The notes under the pieces: generated by a model
The model's database searches: none
The model's input: only the letters and a program-made list of their open reading frames with translations
What the model was told of the DNA's origin: nothing
Shown: positions 1 through 13,042 of the stretch, in pieces
How the letters are laid out: the number at the start of each line of letters is the position of its first letter
How positions within the stretch are numbered: the first letter of the stretch is position 1
Position numbers and translations under genes: made by a program
NCBI GenBank assembly: GCA_012026655.1
Contig: JAAILG010000155.1
Span: 1-64,000, forward strand
Direction of reading: 5' to 3'
Length of the DNA: 64,000 bases
DNA from: Hydrolagus affinis
Lineage: Eukaryota

Positions 1-59
1 CCACCCAAGCCAAGTGGGTAGGAGTAAGAGCAGAAGAGGGTACAGTAAAGATACCTGGA

Positions 60-400
60 AGCTGAGACAGAAAGGTAAGACCCAAGGTGGGCTTTGAGAA
101 TCGGGAAGGAAGCGGTGAGCTGCGAGTGCTCCAGGATGTAATTCCAGAGAACGGGAGCAGAGTGTCTGGAAGGTCACCCACCGATTATTGGGCGATCAAC
201 GTAAGGGACAGAGAGGAAGCAGATGTTCATTGAATGAAGGGGATGGGTGGTTTGGTAGGGTTTCAGTAAGTCTCAGAGGTCAGGTGGAGTGAGGTCATTA
301 AGGGATTTGAAAATGAGGACGAGAATCTTGAATACAATCTGTTGGAGGTGTCGGTGGAGCTGAGTGGGGACGAGGCAAGAGAGATTTGTAAAGGAGAGAC
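60..400 (-). mobile_element. L2 (CR1/L2 clade) LINE 3' fragment, degraded
   Basis: Minus strand ~280-348 translates LQQIVFKILVLIFKSLNDLTPPDL, matching the L2 ORF2 C-terminal motif RIxFKILLLTFKALxxLAPxYL. Confidence 0.75.
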
Positions 401-819
401 ATGAGGTTTGTAAAGAAGGTTTGTGAGAGAAGGGACAAGTCTTACAAGATACTTGTAAATATCGAATTGTTACAGCACATGCAGTTTACAACATACATCC
501 AGAACGCTATGGGGGAGGCTTGTGATACATTATTCTCCAGAAAGTGTGTTCTTGTTCAAAGCACACAGTAAAATTGAATTAGAACGTGTTTATACAACAG
601 AGAAAGAAAAAGCCAATCAAACGCTAATGTGTTTAAGGATGATTAAAGCACCAGTGCTGCTGAGAAGCTTTCATTACTTCACTGCTCTTCCTTTGTTAAG
701 ATGCTGGAACAGCAACGATAAACAGAATGGATACAAAATGCCTATTTGACCATTGAGTAGTTAAGCCACCAGGGAAGTTTATCCCTGGTCTGTGCTGAGT
801 TAGCTCATGATAATGACTC

Positions 820-1010
820 TCGCATCTCTCTCAAACCCACCATCGGCGGATGAACGTTCAGTCACAATAATTTTTTCTCTGGATTTCCCTGTTTGAATCC
901 CTGCTCCTCGTCCCTTCTTCATATATCTTCAAATTCCACCTTAAAACCTACCTCTTCGACCGTGCCTATGGCCACTCCCTCTCCCTCATCTCCTTTGCTT
1001 GGCGTCCAAT
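820..1010 (+). mobile_element. L2 LINE 3' end fragment
   Basis: cccaccatcggcgg...ttcaaattccaccttaaaacctacctcttcgaccgtgcc (FKxHLKTYLF), shared with other L2 3' ends in the window. Confidence 0.7.
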
Positions 1011-1019
1011 CCAGTCATT

Positions 1020-2200
1020 GAGAAATGCTCCTGGATACAAATGGTATTAGATAAATGCTGTTTAGATAAATAGGTGTTGTATTTGCACTTGTGCCTGTGT
1101 ACATGCGCTGCAGGTACATTTGTGAATGCTTGGTTATATGGTTATATCCATGTGCGCCTGCAGTTGTACTAATGAGCCCATTATTGCCAAGCCTCGGAGT
1201 GAAAGTGGCCATCTCCAAAAACTGCAGCGTAGACTGAGTTAAAAAACTTCCTTCATCTGGTGCTATTTAGCCTTAAGATGTTCAAGCTGCTGAAGCGAGG
1301 ATTGGTATTGTGTGCTCTGTCTGCTGTTAAATACTGCATCCCAACGGAGTGCTCTAGCCTCTATGAGATGCAGGAGCACGGGGAACAAGCGGAGAAGAGC
1401 AAGAACCACGCTGTATGAACTGAGCTCTGCTAGAAACCCCACATGGTCTGCAGTACTCAGCGATCAGAAGCTTTGTTCCGTTAGGGTCTATCCTCAATAA
1501 GGTCGGCAGCGCAAAACTAAAGGCTGGTTCACAGAGGTTACAAACATCACCATGTTTGCTTGGTCAGCCAGGTGCCTGATGCATGTGGAAACCCATCATC
1601 GTGCTCAGAGTATCCAAAACCAGCTGAACTCCACATCCCATCTACACATGGAAATTCCTTGCTTGGGACGTCCTCCCGATGGGAAAGGCACTACTTCAAC
1701 GTGTGCACAAAATTGGCGGTCACATTTGTTTACAAATCATACCCAAAGAGGTTAATCTAATGGTTTGTTACAGTGTTTGCTCTGGACCGAAAACTCAGAG
1801 TTGGAGTAATTAAAGTTGTGGATAACTATATCATCGGCAACTCCAGGCAGCATGAACTGGGGGAACGATCGAGCTATAAGGAGATACGCTCTAGCTGTCA
1901 GCTGTTGTGGATCAATGAAGAACAGCAAAAGTGCTTCTGTAATCGGAGTCTCAAATCCCCTCCCCCAAACAAGTACAACAAAATATTGTCAGAATGTATT
2001 CTGCTTTCAAAGAACAGCTTGCTCAATGTGCTGGAAAAATCACTCCTCAGCATCAGGTTTCACAAGACTAGCTCTCTCTCTCAACACATTAGAATCCGTC
2101 TTGCTCGTCAGCATGAAGTATCCGGGTCACTGCAATGGTGTGATAGGATTATGGAACCCTGGGAATGTTGCATGCCATACTGTGCCTGTGGCCACTTACA
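1020..2200 (-). pseudogene. Ancient PIF/Harbinger-like DDE transposase fossil, with frameshifts and stops
   Basis: Minus-strand frames give, in the expected order: IDPQQLTARAYLL..GVADDIVI, EFP..GF..GFPH, VLQTM..SRAQFI, VFGDGHF..TWI*PY..KYNTYLSK. These resemble DDE_Tnp_4/HARBI1 motifs. Shares a 24/25-nt block with 36328-36352. Confidence 0.5.
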
Positions 2201-2485
2201 CCAACATAAATTACAACAATAATAATCCTTGCATTTGCTACAGGGTTTATAACATTGAAATATCTCAAAGAGCTGTCAGGGAGGGTTGCCAACTTTCCAG
2301 TTTCCCTCTGGTTTCTTCCCCTCTGCCTCCCCATTCACGGGAAATAACCAGAATTTTGGTCAATGCTTCCAGCTGGGCACTGTACAATTTCCCTTAAAAC
2401 CAGAAATGCCTACAAATGGAAAGTTGGCAACCTCAGCTCTCAGGCATATAGTGACTGCAGGCATGCCACCATCATCCATGAGGTG

Positions 2486-2700
2486 AAAACTCCCTTCTCT
2501 TTTTCAATGTTGCTGTGGGATCTTTAATGCCCACCTGAAGAATAAAAAGGCCAGACCTCAGATGAACATTTCATTTAATTGGAAGGGCGGCGGCTCTCTA
2601 ATGGTGCTCAACCCTGCGCTAGCTGTGTTGGAATGTCTAGCCTGGACAAAGGTGTCTCAAGTCCTAATATGGCAGATGAGCCAACAACCTCTTAGGACAG
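2486..2700 (-). mobile_element. Old DeuSINE fragment
   Basis: ctcccttctctttttcaatgttgctgtgggatctttaatgcccacctgaa is the reverse complement of the Deu core (caggtggacgtaaaagatcccatggcactattt..gaagaag..ggagtt). Confidence 0.65.
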
Positions 2701-2782
2701 TCAGAAGTGAGATTAGAAACCCTTTTGGCTTTTAGAGGGTGCTGCAAATGTGGAACCTAGTGCCAGGAGACTGAAAAAGTAG

Positions 2783-3098
2783 TAATAATAGCAATAATAA
2801 TCCTTGCATTTCAGATAACACCTTATTGTGTTGTTGAGAAGTCTCAATGCACTTCACAGAATCTTTTGTCAAATGGATTGACTGTATTTTGTGGGTGAAA
2901 CGTGGCAGTCAAAATTGTGCACAACAGTATCCCACAAACAGTCATGAATTATTACCTCCTGTAAGCTGTCTATCAATCGACCAGCAATGGGTTCCTGCTT
3001 ACCGCTATGCAAACAGAGGCAGGTGGAGTAAGGAAACTTGGTCTGTCTGGGAATTGAACCTGGGTCCTCTCACTTGCAAGGTGAGCACGCTAACCACT
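2783..3098 (-). mobile_element. tRNA-derived SINE, longer subfamily, near full length
   Basis: (aat)n-ccttgcattt tail, Deu-like core, gagtaaggaaacttg, and the head gaattgaacctgggtcctctcacttgcaag..ctaaccact. Confidence 0.85.
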
Positions 3099-3711
3099 AT
3101 TTCTTTTCTTGGACTCACTGATCTTGGATATCTTGGACTCACTGATATTCTGGAAAGATTCTGTGGTTCCTCTGCGATGCCCTGAAGCTCACTGAATGAA
3201 TTGTCAGAATATCTATCGAAACCACACCGCTCAGATTATTCAGCCTCACTGCTCTCTCTCTCCATGCGTGACATTTCCTTGATCTCAGTATTTGAGTACA
3301 ATAGAGTATCTCATCATCTCCATCCTACGCTCACCCTCTGCAACCTTCGATCTCATCTCTATCCAGGTATTTAATCACCTCACCCTCTCTCTCTTTAAAA
3401 GGAGTTAATCGACACAGCATTCAGCTCTTTTGTTGAGTCCATCTCATGCCCTAACCACTCGATGGAAGAATAAAACAGCTTGCAATTTTACAGTCTTAAA
3501 TGTGACATTTCAAACGTTCTTCACAGTAATTACCTTCAATTGTAGTGACTGTATTTTGTAGGCAAACCTGACAACCTCGAAGTGCATACTAAGGTAACTA
3601 AGGTACTCCAAACTATTGGTTTGTGAACACCAGCTTAACCCACATTCAACTGAGGCTTTACAGGAGCAGAAAATCCAGCCATGTGATGTAGCATGACATT
3701 CTTTAATAAAA

Positions 3712-4146
3712 ATAATCCATGCATTTGATATAGTACCTTATTACATTGCCCCCATATCTCAAAGTGCTTTAGAGAATATATTGTAAAGTGGAATGAATGT
3801 GTATTTTATGGGTGAATGAGGCAGCCAATTTGTTCACAGCAATGTTTCACTTAAAGCCATGAAGCGAGTGACCAATTTTATTTGGGGCATTGTTGACCAG
3901 GACACTGAAAGAATCTCCCTTCTCTTTTGAAAGTGTCATGGGATCGTGGGCCACTTACACAGTCTCTCTGCTTTATAATATATCCTGTAAAGCATTTTAA
4001 GATAGGGCCTGAGTTTAACTTCCAACAATGCAGCACACCACTAGAACCGCACTGGAGTGTCATCTTAGACAATACAGGTTCCAGGTCCCGACAAAGAATT
4101 TGAACCCATAACCTTCTGATGCAAGTTCTACCTGAGCCAAGCTGAT
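3712..4146 (-). mobile_element. Old DeuSINE (SacSINE1/AmnSINE-like), near full length
   Basis: L2-type tail, gcagccaatttgttcacagc, Deu core gtgtcatgggatc, and a tRNA-like head tttgaacccataacc..ctgagccaagctga. Confidence 0.75.
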
Positions 4147-4855
4147 CCTCAAGCCCTTACCCCAAATCACTGATGTTGGAGTATAATGCCATGTGGAACA
4201 CAAAGATATTTAACCTGGAAAGATCATTTTACATTCTTATATGAGTTATTCTGGTCAGGTCTTAGATGAAGTGCCCAGTATACGCAGGTGCTTAACATTT
4301 AATTGTAGGTGCGGAGGAGGAACCAAAACATAAGGCAATCCACCTACTGAGAGATTCATTTCCTTGTTTGCTAACATTACTCACTTGTAAGAAAGGTCAG
4401 AAAAGGTTTAAACTCAGTGTGTCTCCTGGCCACTGAATGACTGAGTGGAGAGCACGCTGCAATTCAGGCCAGGAGCCCAGGGAACTTACACACAAGTTTG
4501 AAGGTCAAGTGGTTTACGGTCACTGGCAGACCTGACCCCAAAGAAGGAACTGTTGGGCAGCTCCCTGCAGCCTTCCGCATCTGTTATTTTATATACTCTC
4601 TGTGCTATCCAACTAGATTAAGGACATATCCCTCACTGAATATTGTGATAGTGTAGTTGTCGTGTGTCAGTGTTACAGTGCGACTGGAGTAATAGTAAGC
4701 CTTGAATTTGAGATAGCAACTTATCACGTCATTGCGATGTCTCAAAGTGCTTCAAAATATGTACAGGGCCCAGTGCACTCTCACTGTGTCACACATAACA
4801 CTCACATTGTACCATATGACCCACACAACACACACTACACATTATAGTGTGTAGT

Positions 4856-5140
4856 GAGTCCTGTAGCTCAGTGAGAAGAGCACTCGCCTTGCAAATGAGT
4901 GACCAGGGTTCAATTCCAGGCAGGGTGAAATCTTGGGCAAATTTCTTTATTCCACACGCCTGATAATAATTCCTTGAAAGAAAAATAAATTGGTCACTAA
5001 ATCCACGACTGTTTGTAGGTCACTGCTGTGTATGATTGGCTGCCTCGTTTCATGGCCATGAGAGTATATTCTGTGAAGTGCTTTGAGATATTTAGAAGAT
5101 GTGAAAAGCGCTATATCAAATGCAAGGATTATTATTATTA
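4856..5140 (+). mobile_element. tRNA-Ala-derived SINE, full length
   Basis: A box tagctcagtg, B box ggttcaattcc, Deu-like core, tail gtgaaaagcgctatatcaaatgcaagg(att)n. Confidence 0.9.
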
Positions 5141-6284
5141 TACCCTGTGTCCTTTCCTGTATCCTTATTTACTAATTAGCCTTTGATCAACCTGTAATTG
5201 GGATTACAATACCATTGGCAATGGATGACCCCAAATTATTTCTGGAACACAGATCTGGTCCCAGCCTGAGCGGAGAGAGAGGCAAGATGTCTACTCATGC
5301 CTGTCAGGCTTCTCCTTTTCTTGAATTGAACTCTCTTAGTGGAGCATTCTAACCACACTTATTGTGAGCTGGAGCACATTGTAACACCTTCATTCTGAGT
5401 ACCTAGATATTAGAAAACCACTTTGCTTATCTCCAAGTCTCTTTCATTCCTCTCTCAATGTCTACCGCTCCCTTTGTTAAGTGCTTTGAGACATTTCTAT
5501 TGTATGCCTGCTGTATAAACTCTTATGAATACAAATTATGCCTTGCACTGGCCAATATTGAGACACGTTTCCACATAGGATCAGTAAGACAGTCAGCATA
5601 AATAATGAGAAACAAACAATGGCTCTCCCACTGAAATTGCTACACACTGACCTTTCTTTATTGTACAATACAGTAGCACTCGCAAACATCAGCTTTGCAA
5701 TCGGTCATGCATCACTGAAAAGGCCAAGTGCTCTGTCTTTGAATTGTGAGACTTAGAGGGCAATCTTTACAAATGTGAACCATGAGGGTTTATTGTGGTA
5801 ACTTCAAAGTCATTTAGTTCCATCTTACAAGCAATGAAAAATGTTCTCGTCTTGTATACAAATAGTGACCTTTTCGGTGTTTTTTCTTCCTCTTCTAACC
5901 TCTGCTCCTCTTCGAAAGCTGAGCCTATTTCTCTCTTTCTCTCTCTGTTCCCAGACAATAATGTCAATTGTAATACTCCTACTGCTGAGAGCAGCTAACT
6001 CTGCCCAGAACAGGGATTGAACCTGGGATCTTAACTGCAACTGCCGTGTGTCAGTGTTACAATGTAATTGTAGTAATAATAATCCTTGCATTTGATTTTA
6101 AAAAATGTATTTGTTTTAATGCCAACCAGGAAATGTAAATTTTCTATTTAATGACACAGACATTAATTAGAGTGTCAACTTAGCTCAGTTGTGGTTATGG
6201 CACAATTGAAAAAGTGGAGTTTCTCCCATTCTTCTGGCTAACAATCCCCTGTAAACATTTGTCATTCACTTCATGGGTATTTGT

Positions 6285-6633
6285 GGAGTCCTGTAGCTTA
6301 GAGGTTAGAGCACTCGCCTTACAAGAGAGAGACCTGGATTCAATTCCAGGAAGGTTGAAATCTTGGACAAGTTTCCTTACTCCACATGCCTAATAATAAT
6401 AATCCCTTAAAAAAAATACAATAAATTGGTCACTTCAATCCACAACTGTTTGTCGAACACAATTGGCTGTGCGCAATTGGCTGCTGCGTTTCACCCACAT
6501 ATATACAGTCAATTCACTTTACAATATGTTCTGTGAAGCACGTGAAAGGCACTCTATAAATATATTTTGTTGTTAAGATGTCTAGAAGACATGAAAAGCA
6601 CTATATCAAATACTGTACAAGGATTATTATTAT
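6285..6633 (+). mobile_element. tRNA-Ala-derived SINE, full length, with an L2-type tail piece inside its 3' end
   Basis: Same head, core and tail as 4856-5140; extra gtgaaaggcactctataaatatattttgttgtt at ~6542-6574. Confidence 0.88.
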
Positions 6634-6894
6634 CATGCATGTCATTGAGACATGTCAAAGCGCACCACAAGATATACTGTAAAGAGAACAGACTGTATTT
6701 TGTGGAAGAAAAATAGTTGCACACAGCCATTGTGTGTGACCAATTTTATTTGGGGGATTTTTGGCCAGGATACCGTGTATTACATATAATACATGTATAT
6801 GTTGGGAAATAGACAGGAAACATCTTAAGAGTGAACTCGTCGCCAATTCTCTTTCTTTTCTGGTTTCGAAGTACCTTGTCTTCCTGTTCCTAGC

Positions 6895-7165
6895 AATACC
6901 TCAGTCTGATTTGTACCTCAAGTCCAATTACCTGCCTTTGCTCCACATTCCTTGATACCCTGACTTAACAAAAATCAATCCACGTCAGTCTTGAAAATGT
7001 GAATGTATCAGTATCTACAGCCTTTTGAGAGAGAAAGAGTTCTAAATTTCCACTAACTTTGGGGAAAAAATGCTTCCTGATTTAACTACTAAATGGCCCA
7101 AGATTATACCCCTTTACTCTGGATCTTCCACAAGACAAAATAGTTTCTGTTGGTTTCACCCCTTA
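6895..7165 (-). mobile_element. Old CR1 LINE 3' fragment
   Basis: tccaattacctgcctttgctccacattcc..cagtcttgaaaatg..gagttctaaatttccactaac aligns by eye with the CR1 3' end at 16180-16400. Confidence 0.65.
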
Positions 7166-7189
7166 CGGTTGCCGGTGATGTCATTGAAC

Positions 7190-7470
7190 CCATCCCTGCA
7201 GTGTGAGTTCGGGGAATACCGGCTCCATTCAACTCTAACAATCATGGTGTGCGGTGTGATTATCACATCACACACATTTGTTCACCCCTGTATTCCAGAT
7301 CACTGCTCTCGATAGAGGCAGATTGTGGAGGAACATGTAACCAAGGAGGAACCTGGCAAAATTGGCATTGATCAGTTAACTGACTCAGACAGCATCGTTT
7401 TTGTGATATATACACTGGTTTCAGAAAGTCCAGAATATGCAATTAGGAAGGACTCCAACATTATGTCAGC
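7190..7470 (+). pseudogene. Harbinger-like transposase fossil (catalytic region)
   Basis: VCGVIITSHTFVHPCIPDH (cf. CAGAIDGTHIPI.AP), followed at 7387-7425 by RQHRFCDIYTGFR (cf. H.GRFTDIY.GWPG). Confidence 0.4.
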
Positions 7471-8229
7471 TGTGATTGTGATTCATTGCATGTGATTCCA
7501 CCACTTGGGTGTACATTTGTGTTGTGAATAGAACAATGCTCATTGTCGTGATCCATCAGGAAGCATATTTAATGCTACTCCCTCTCCACGCACACGCCCT
7601 TTGAAACTGGTTGCTCATCAGTCTTGCTGCAGATTGAAAGCAAAAAAATCTCGCTCACAGCAAACCTTTCTGAAGCTAAACGTAAAAGAAACTTATAAAT
7701 AATAAATAATCCTTACGTTTGATGTAGTGCCTTTCATGCCAGAAGGACATCTCAAAGTGGTTCTCACAGGATATAGTAAACTGTTGAGACCGCGGTCAAA
7801 CGCGGCAACTAGTTTGAGCACAGCAGAGTTCCACAAACAACTATGAATCATAGAATTATGCAGCACAGAAGGAACTCATTTGGCTCATCATCTCTGTGCC
7901 GACTCTTTGAAAAGAGTTGTCCAATTCAATCCTACGCACCCGCGCTCTTCCAATAGCTCCGATTGAAATGGATTGCCCAATAGCCCCAATGCGTAACTAT
8001 TCTTCTGTCAGGTGACAGTTTTGCAGTTCCCCAGAAGTGAACGGCCAATTTTATTTGGAGGATTGTTGGCCAGGATACTGGGAGAAACTCCCTTCCTTAT
8101 ACTCTGTTGCGTATAGATAGTGGCTTAGGCCTAAAATAAATGTCTTGAAGTACATTCCAAAATAACATTGATTAGAAACTAAGTATTCAAACTATGTCAT
8201 CAAACACATCTCATGCACAAATGAGATAA

Positions 8230-8375
8230 CAATAATAATCCTTGCATTTGATATAGAGCCTAATCAAGTTGCTGAGACATCTCAAAACAGTTTGCAGAAT
8301 ATTCTGTAAAGTGAATTGACTGTATATTTTGTGCGTACAGCAATGTCCCACAATCAGTTGTGGATTGAGTAACCT
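8230..8375 (-). mobile_element. SINE 3' fragment
   Basis: aataatccttgcatttgatata...gaatattctgtaaagtgaattgactgtatattttg. Confidence 0.75.
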
Positions 8376-9316
8376 AATTCTTATTATTACGCATGAAAAG
8401 TGATCCGCCATTCGATTAGCGACCGGGTTCCTAGTTACTGCTTGATAAATTGCTTTGAAAGGGAAGTGGTCTAACGAATACACCACAGCACTCCCATCAC
8501 ATTCCAATGAGGAGGTGAATTGGGATAGCCAGGTATAGGATAGCGTTGAGGAGGGCAATCCATTTCAACACTTGTGCATGTCAGCCACTGCCTCTTGTCT
8601 CTGCTGTCTTGACCAATCCCTCAAATACAAATTGGTAATTTCATGGCTGTTTGTGGGAAATTACCATGAGCAAATTAGCTGCTCAATTACATTTTACAGC
8701 AAATCGTGTGAAGCACTTTGGGATGTCTTGACGAGGTGATCAGGTGTTATGTCAAACGCAACAGATTATTATCCAGAGAAACCCATCACGAGGGACTAAT
8801 GGGGAGGGGGTTTCTGGTCTGCGAAGCCGGAATTTCCATCCAAATGTAATACAATGTTGGTAATGCAACAGCATGCACACTCATTGCCAGAAAAAGTTGC
8901 TATTGGTGTTTGCCAGCATGGCATATGCATTTCTACAACTGTCAACCAAAACGAAGTCGCTCACCCACGGGAACACCAGACTCTAGAGAGATGATGTTGA
9001 GGCGGGAAGCTGTGGGGGATTACATGGGTCGCTCAAGGTGTATATGTGTGCATTAGCAGAGTTGAACTGGTGTGAATCTACACGAGGGTGGGCCCGGGAA
9101 ATTTTTTATAAAAACATTTTGGGGGTTTCGGGCTAGGTTCAAATTCTGGTTACAACAACAAATTAGAATGGTATACTGTTGTTCACACCAGGAGGACATC
9201 CCTGTATTTCGGTTAAGCTGGGCATTTACTTTTGAAGCTACTTAGGGCTTGGCAATTGAACGAGCACACACATGCTGGTGGCCTGGAAGCACACAACCTT
9301 CCCCTTGTGTTTAACT

Positions 9317-9629
9317 TAATAATAATATTAATCCTTGCATTTGATATAGTGCTTTTCACAGCTTCTAGACGTCTCAAAGCGCTTCAAAGAATATACTGTA
9401 AAGTGAATTGACTGTATATTTTGTCGCCAATTGCGCACGGCAGTGTCCCACAAACAGTCATGGATTGAAATGACCAATTTATTATTGTTCTTTTCTTGAA
9501 GGATTATTATCAGGCATGTGTGTGGAGTAAGGAAACTTGCCCACGGTCTCGCCCTGACATGCTGGGAATCAAACCCAGGGTCTCTCACTTGCGAAGAGAG
9601 TGGTCTAACCACTGAGCTACAGGGGACCC
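9317..9629 (-). mobile_element. tRNA-Ala-derived SINE, full length
   Basis: Reverse complement of the 4856 family; head ends ctaaccactgagctacaggggaccc. Confidence 0.9.
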
Positions 9630-11719
9630 AATAGCTCTCTTTTTCTCTGAAGAGAATTTGATTCGAGATAAGTTCCTTTACATAATGTGTGCTAGATGTC
9701 TATGTCAACCCTAGTCGATTGTGGATTGCTCTTCTGGGGTTAATAATATCCTTCTGAAAATAATAATAATCATAATAATAATGATCAGATAAATTAATCC
9801 ACGATTATTTGTGAGACAGTGTTGTGCGCAATTGGCTGCTCAGTTTCGCCCGCAAAATACATAGTGAATTCACTTTGGGGTATATTCTCTGAAGCTCTTT
9901 GAGATGGATCAGACACTATATCAAATGCCAGGATTCTTCTTCTTATTGTTGTGAAAACAAAACCAAATTTGAGGTGAATAAGAACGTGTCAGAAAAACAT
10001 ACACGAGATCAGTGGAGAGCTGCATCCGTCATCGAGCTCAGTCGTATTCCAGCCTCATGCAGGAAAGAATACGATTCCTCCCATTTCAAAGTGATTGCAA
10101 AGGCTCTTGTTTGAACTACAAAACTGTCACAAGACGGGAGAGGAGTTACTCATCAGGTCTGATGGGTGACAACTTGAAAAGGTGTTGCTACCAATTAGTT
10201 TCAGCCGGCAGTAAATGTGCAATCGCTCGGAGCAGAAAAGCAGCTTATGAAATCCAGTCTTTGTTGATTTACACCTGCAATTGCAGTTGCAATACATCAT
10301 GCAGACTCAGCTTTGTAATAGCAGCTTTATGACTGGTGTGGCTCTGGGATTACAATCCTGCGCTATGTTTGCATAGGATTCCAGCTGTGCTTTAATAAAA
10401 CAGCTGGTATCAAAATAATACGTTTCATGCAGTTCATACTCATGGCTTTTAGGACTCTGGTCCGTGCACAGAATAAAAACAGAAATGATCACACAGCATG
10501 GGTGTGAGGCTTTTTACGCAAAATTAAGTGAGATTTAGAGGAAAGTTAAAACAAAACAGAGACATCACGTCACGGGGACTGGCAGAAGCGACGGAATATT
10601 AACAAAAATGATCCTTGCATTTGGTGTGGCGCCTTTCATGTCAGAAGTTCTCTCCAAGCGCTTTCTCGTCAGGAGGTTGTCGTTCAAAGCGCTTCATGGG
10701 ATTTATCTAAAGTGTTAATGACCATGTGTTTCGTAGGCGAACGTGGCAGACAATTTGTGCACAGCAATGTCCTACAAACAGCTGTGAAGTGAGAGATCAA
10801 ATTTGACCTCTCAGGTGTTTATCTGGTTTGCTTTTGAATGATTCTATTAATCCGGCTCGGTAACCACTTGACATCATGAATTTCACACCTCAGTGAACAC
10901 CTTCCTTCTAACTTCCCCTATGATTCATCACAAGACTTTGCCCTAATCATCAGTTTCCTAACCAAAGGACTTTTTTTTCCCTGTGTTCTATCTACCACTT
11001 CAGAATTTGAACAACAATCCTTGCATTTGACACGTTGTTCAAATGTCTCAAACCCTTCCCCGAGGAGAAAAGGTGAGTTGAGCGTTCATAACAGGATGGT
11101 TTTCACCTGGTGTGTGGAAGGAATGGACTTTGATGGTCGCATACTGATTTCATGCTTTTCTCTCATGGGAGCACATGTGGAGATGCACACATAATTTGGT
11201 GTGTCTTTTCCTCCTCCATTCGCTTTGAATTGAGCTGTGGCCCACTTTGATCAAAAGTACACACATACAGGTTGTAAAACAAGGACAAATTGGAATGGGC
11301 AGCGCTGCGGGCAGTAATGACACCCCTGTAGCTAAAGATGATGAAATGTATCAGCCGCAGATCAGTTCTGAACACTGCGGGTCTCTGAAGCATTGCTGTC
11401 TGCTGCAGTGGGGACTTCAATGCCGGCCACACTGATTAGATCATTCCTTGGGCTTTCACTTTCCTCCGTGGCTCAATCCCCACTGATGTCCGAAAATAAG
11501 CAGTCTTGTAAATACAACTCATGGTTCCCAGTTAACAATAATAATAATCCTTGCATTTGATCTAGTGCTTTATCACATCAATAAGAGGTCTCAAAAGCCC
11601 TTCAAAGAATATACTGCAATGTTACTTGACTGTATATTTTGCGGGCGGCAGCCAATCGCACACAGTAATGTTCCAGTTATGGATTGAGTGATTATTAGCT
11701 TTGATGTGCGAGCAAAGTT

Positions 11720-12440
11720 TGCAGGTTACAGAGGTAGCAAGGATCAAGACCGTGGACTGTAAAGTATGTAGAGCTTTAAGGGTGAGGACAAAGATCTTGA
11801 ACTCAATCCTCTGAGAGATAGGGGGGAGCAGTGAAGCCGGGGGAGCATAATCATAATCCTTGCATTTGATACAGCGCTTTTTACATCTTCTAGACGTCTC
11901 AAAGTGCTTCAAAGAATATGCTGTAAAGTGAATTGTCTGTATATTTGTGGGCGAAATGCAATAGCCAATTGCGCACAGCAGTGTCCCACAAACAGTCATG
12001 TATTGAAATGACCAATTTATTAATTGTTTTTTGCCACGGGATTTTATCAAGCATATGACGTAAGGAAACTTGCCAAAGATTTTGCCCTGCCTAGAATTGA
12101 ACGCAGTTTTCTCGCTTGCAAGACGAGTTCTCTAACCACTATAGGATTCCACAATGGGACTGATAGGGTCACTGAGCAGGAGAGGATATGTGTTGTAGAG
12201 TTCTGAATAATTTGCAGCTTGTGGAGGGAAGAGTTGGGAAGTATGGCGAGCAGAGAGTTTGCATAGTCAAGTCTGGACATGATGAAAGCACAGATGAGGT
12301 CTTGGCATCCTGAGGGGAGAGAAAATGGTGGAGGAGGGCGATGTTGCGGAGGTTGGGGAAGGCACAACGGACCATGGCACAGATGTGTGCTTTAAAAGAC
12401 AGTTAAGGGTTGAACAAGTTTCCATAATGGCTTGGTGAGA
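11720..12440 (-). mobile_element. L2 LINE ORF2 fragment split by a SINE
   Basis: ORF 12047-12367 CAFIMSRLDYANSLLAILPNSSLHKLQIIQNS; resumes past the SINE as PPISQRIEFKIFVLTLKALH (ORF 11622-12050). Confidence 0.85.
11847..12150 (-). mobile_element. tRNA-Ala-derived SINE nested in L2
   Basis: Complete tail-core-head of the 4856 family, interrupting the L2 reading frame. Confidence 0.9.
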
Positions 12441-12702
12441 TGCAGAATGTGTCGATGAATAGTGATGCTATCATCAACAGTGCTGCAAACCTGGAACATA
12501 AAGTGCCTGAAAGTGTATTATGGAATACAGATGTCGGTCACCTTATTGAACCGAAGCAGTTTCCGACATCCATCAAAGGGAAATGGGATACATGCCTGTG
12601 TGGATCTCATGCATTCACAGAGCAAGTGTACTACCAGTGGGCCAAGGCCACAGCATCAGTTACACCACAACTCTCAGAGGTTACATCAACCTGCTCTCTC
12701 TG

Positions 12703-13042
12703 AGCTCCTGTAGCTCAGTGGTTAGAGCGCTCTCCTTACAAGCATGAGACCTGTGCTTGAATCAAGGCAGATCAGGGCGAAACCTTGGGCAAGTTTCCTT
12801 ACTCCACACGCCTAATAATAGTCCATCCAAAAAACACCCCCCACAATAATAAAAAATTGTCATTTTAATCCATGATTGTTTGTGGGACACGGCTGTGCAC
12901 AATTTGCCGGGTTTCGTGCAGAAATATACAGTCAATTCACTTTACAGCATATTCTGTGAAGTGCTTTGAGACATCGATAAGATGTGAAAAGGGCGATAGC
13001 AATTTCAAGCATTATTATTATTATTTATTTATTTATTATTAT
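12703..13042 (+). mobile_element. tRNA-Ala-derived SINE, full length
   Basis: ctcctgtagctcagtggttagagcgc head, core, (tta)n tail. Confidence 0.9.

Noticed and set aside
1816-1850. ADDIVI read as a reverse-transcriptase YADD motif
   Set aside because: No QG..LSP or other RT motifs at the right spacing; the context fits a Harbinger HTH region better
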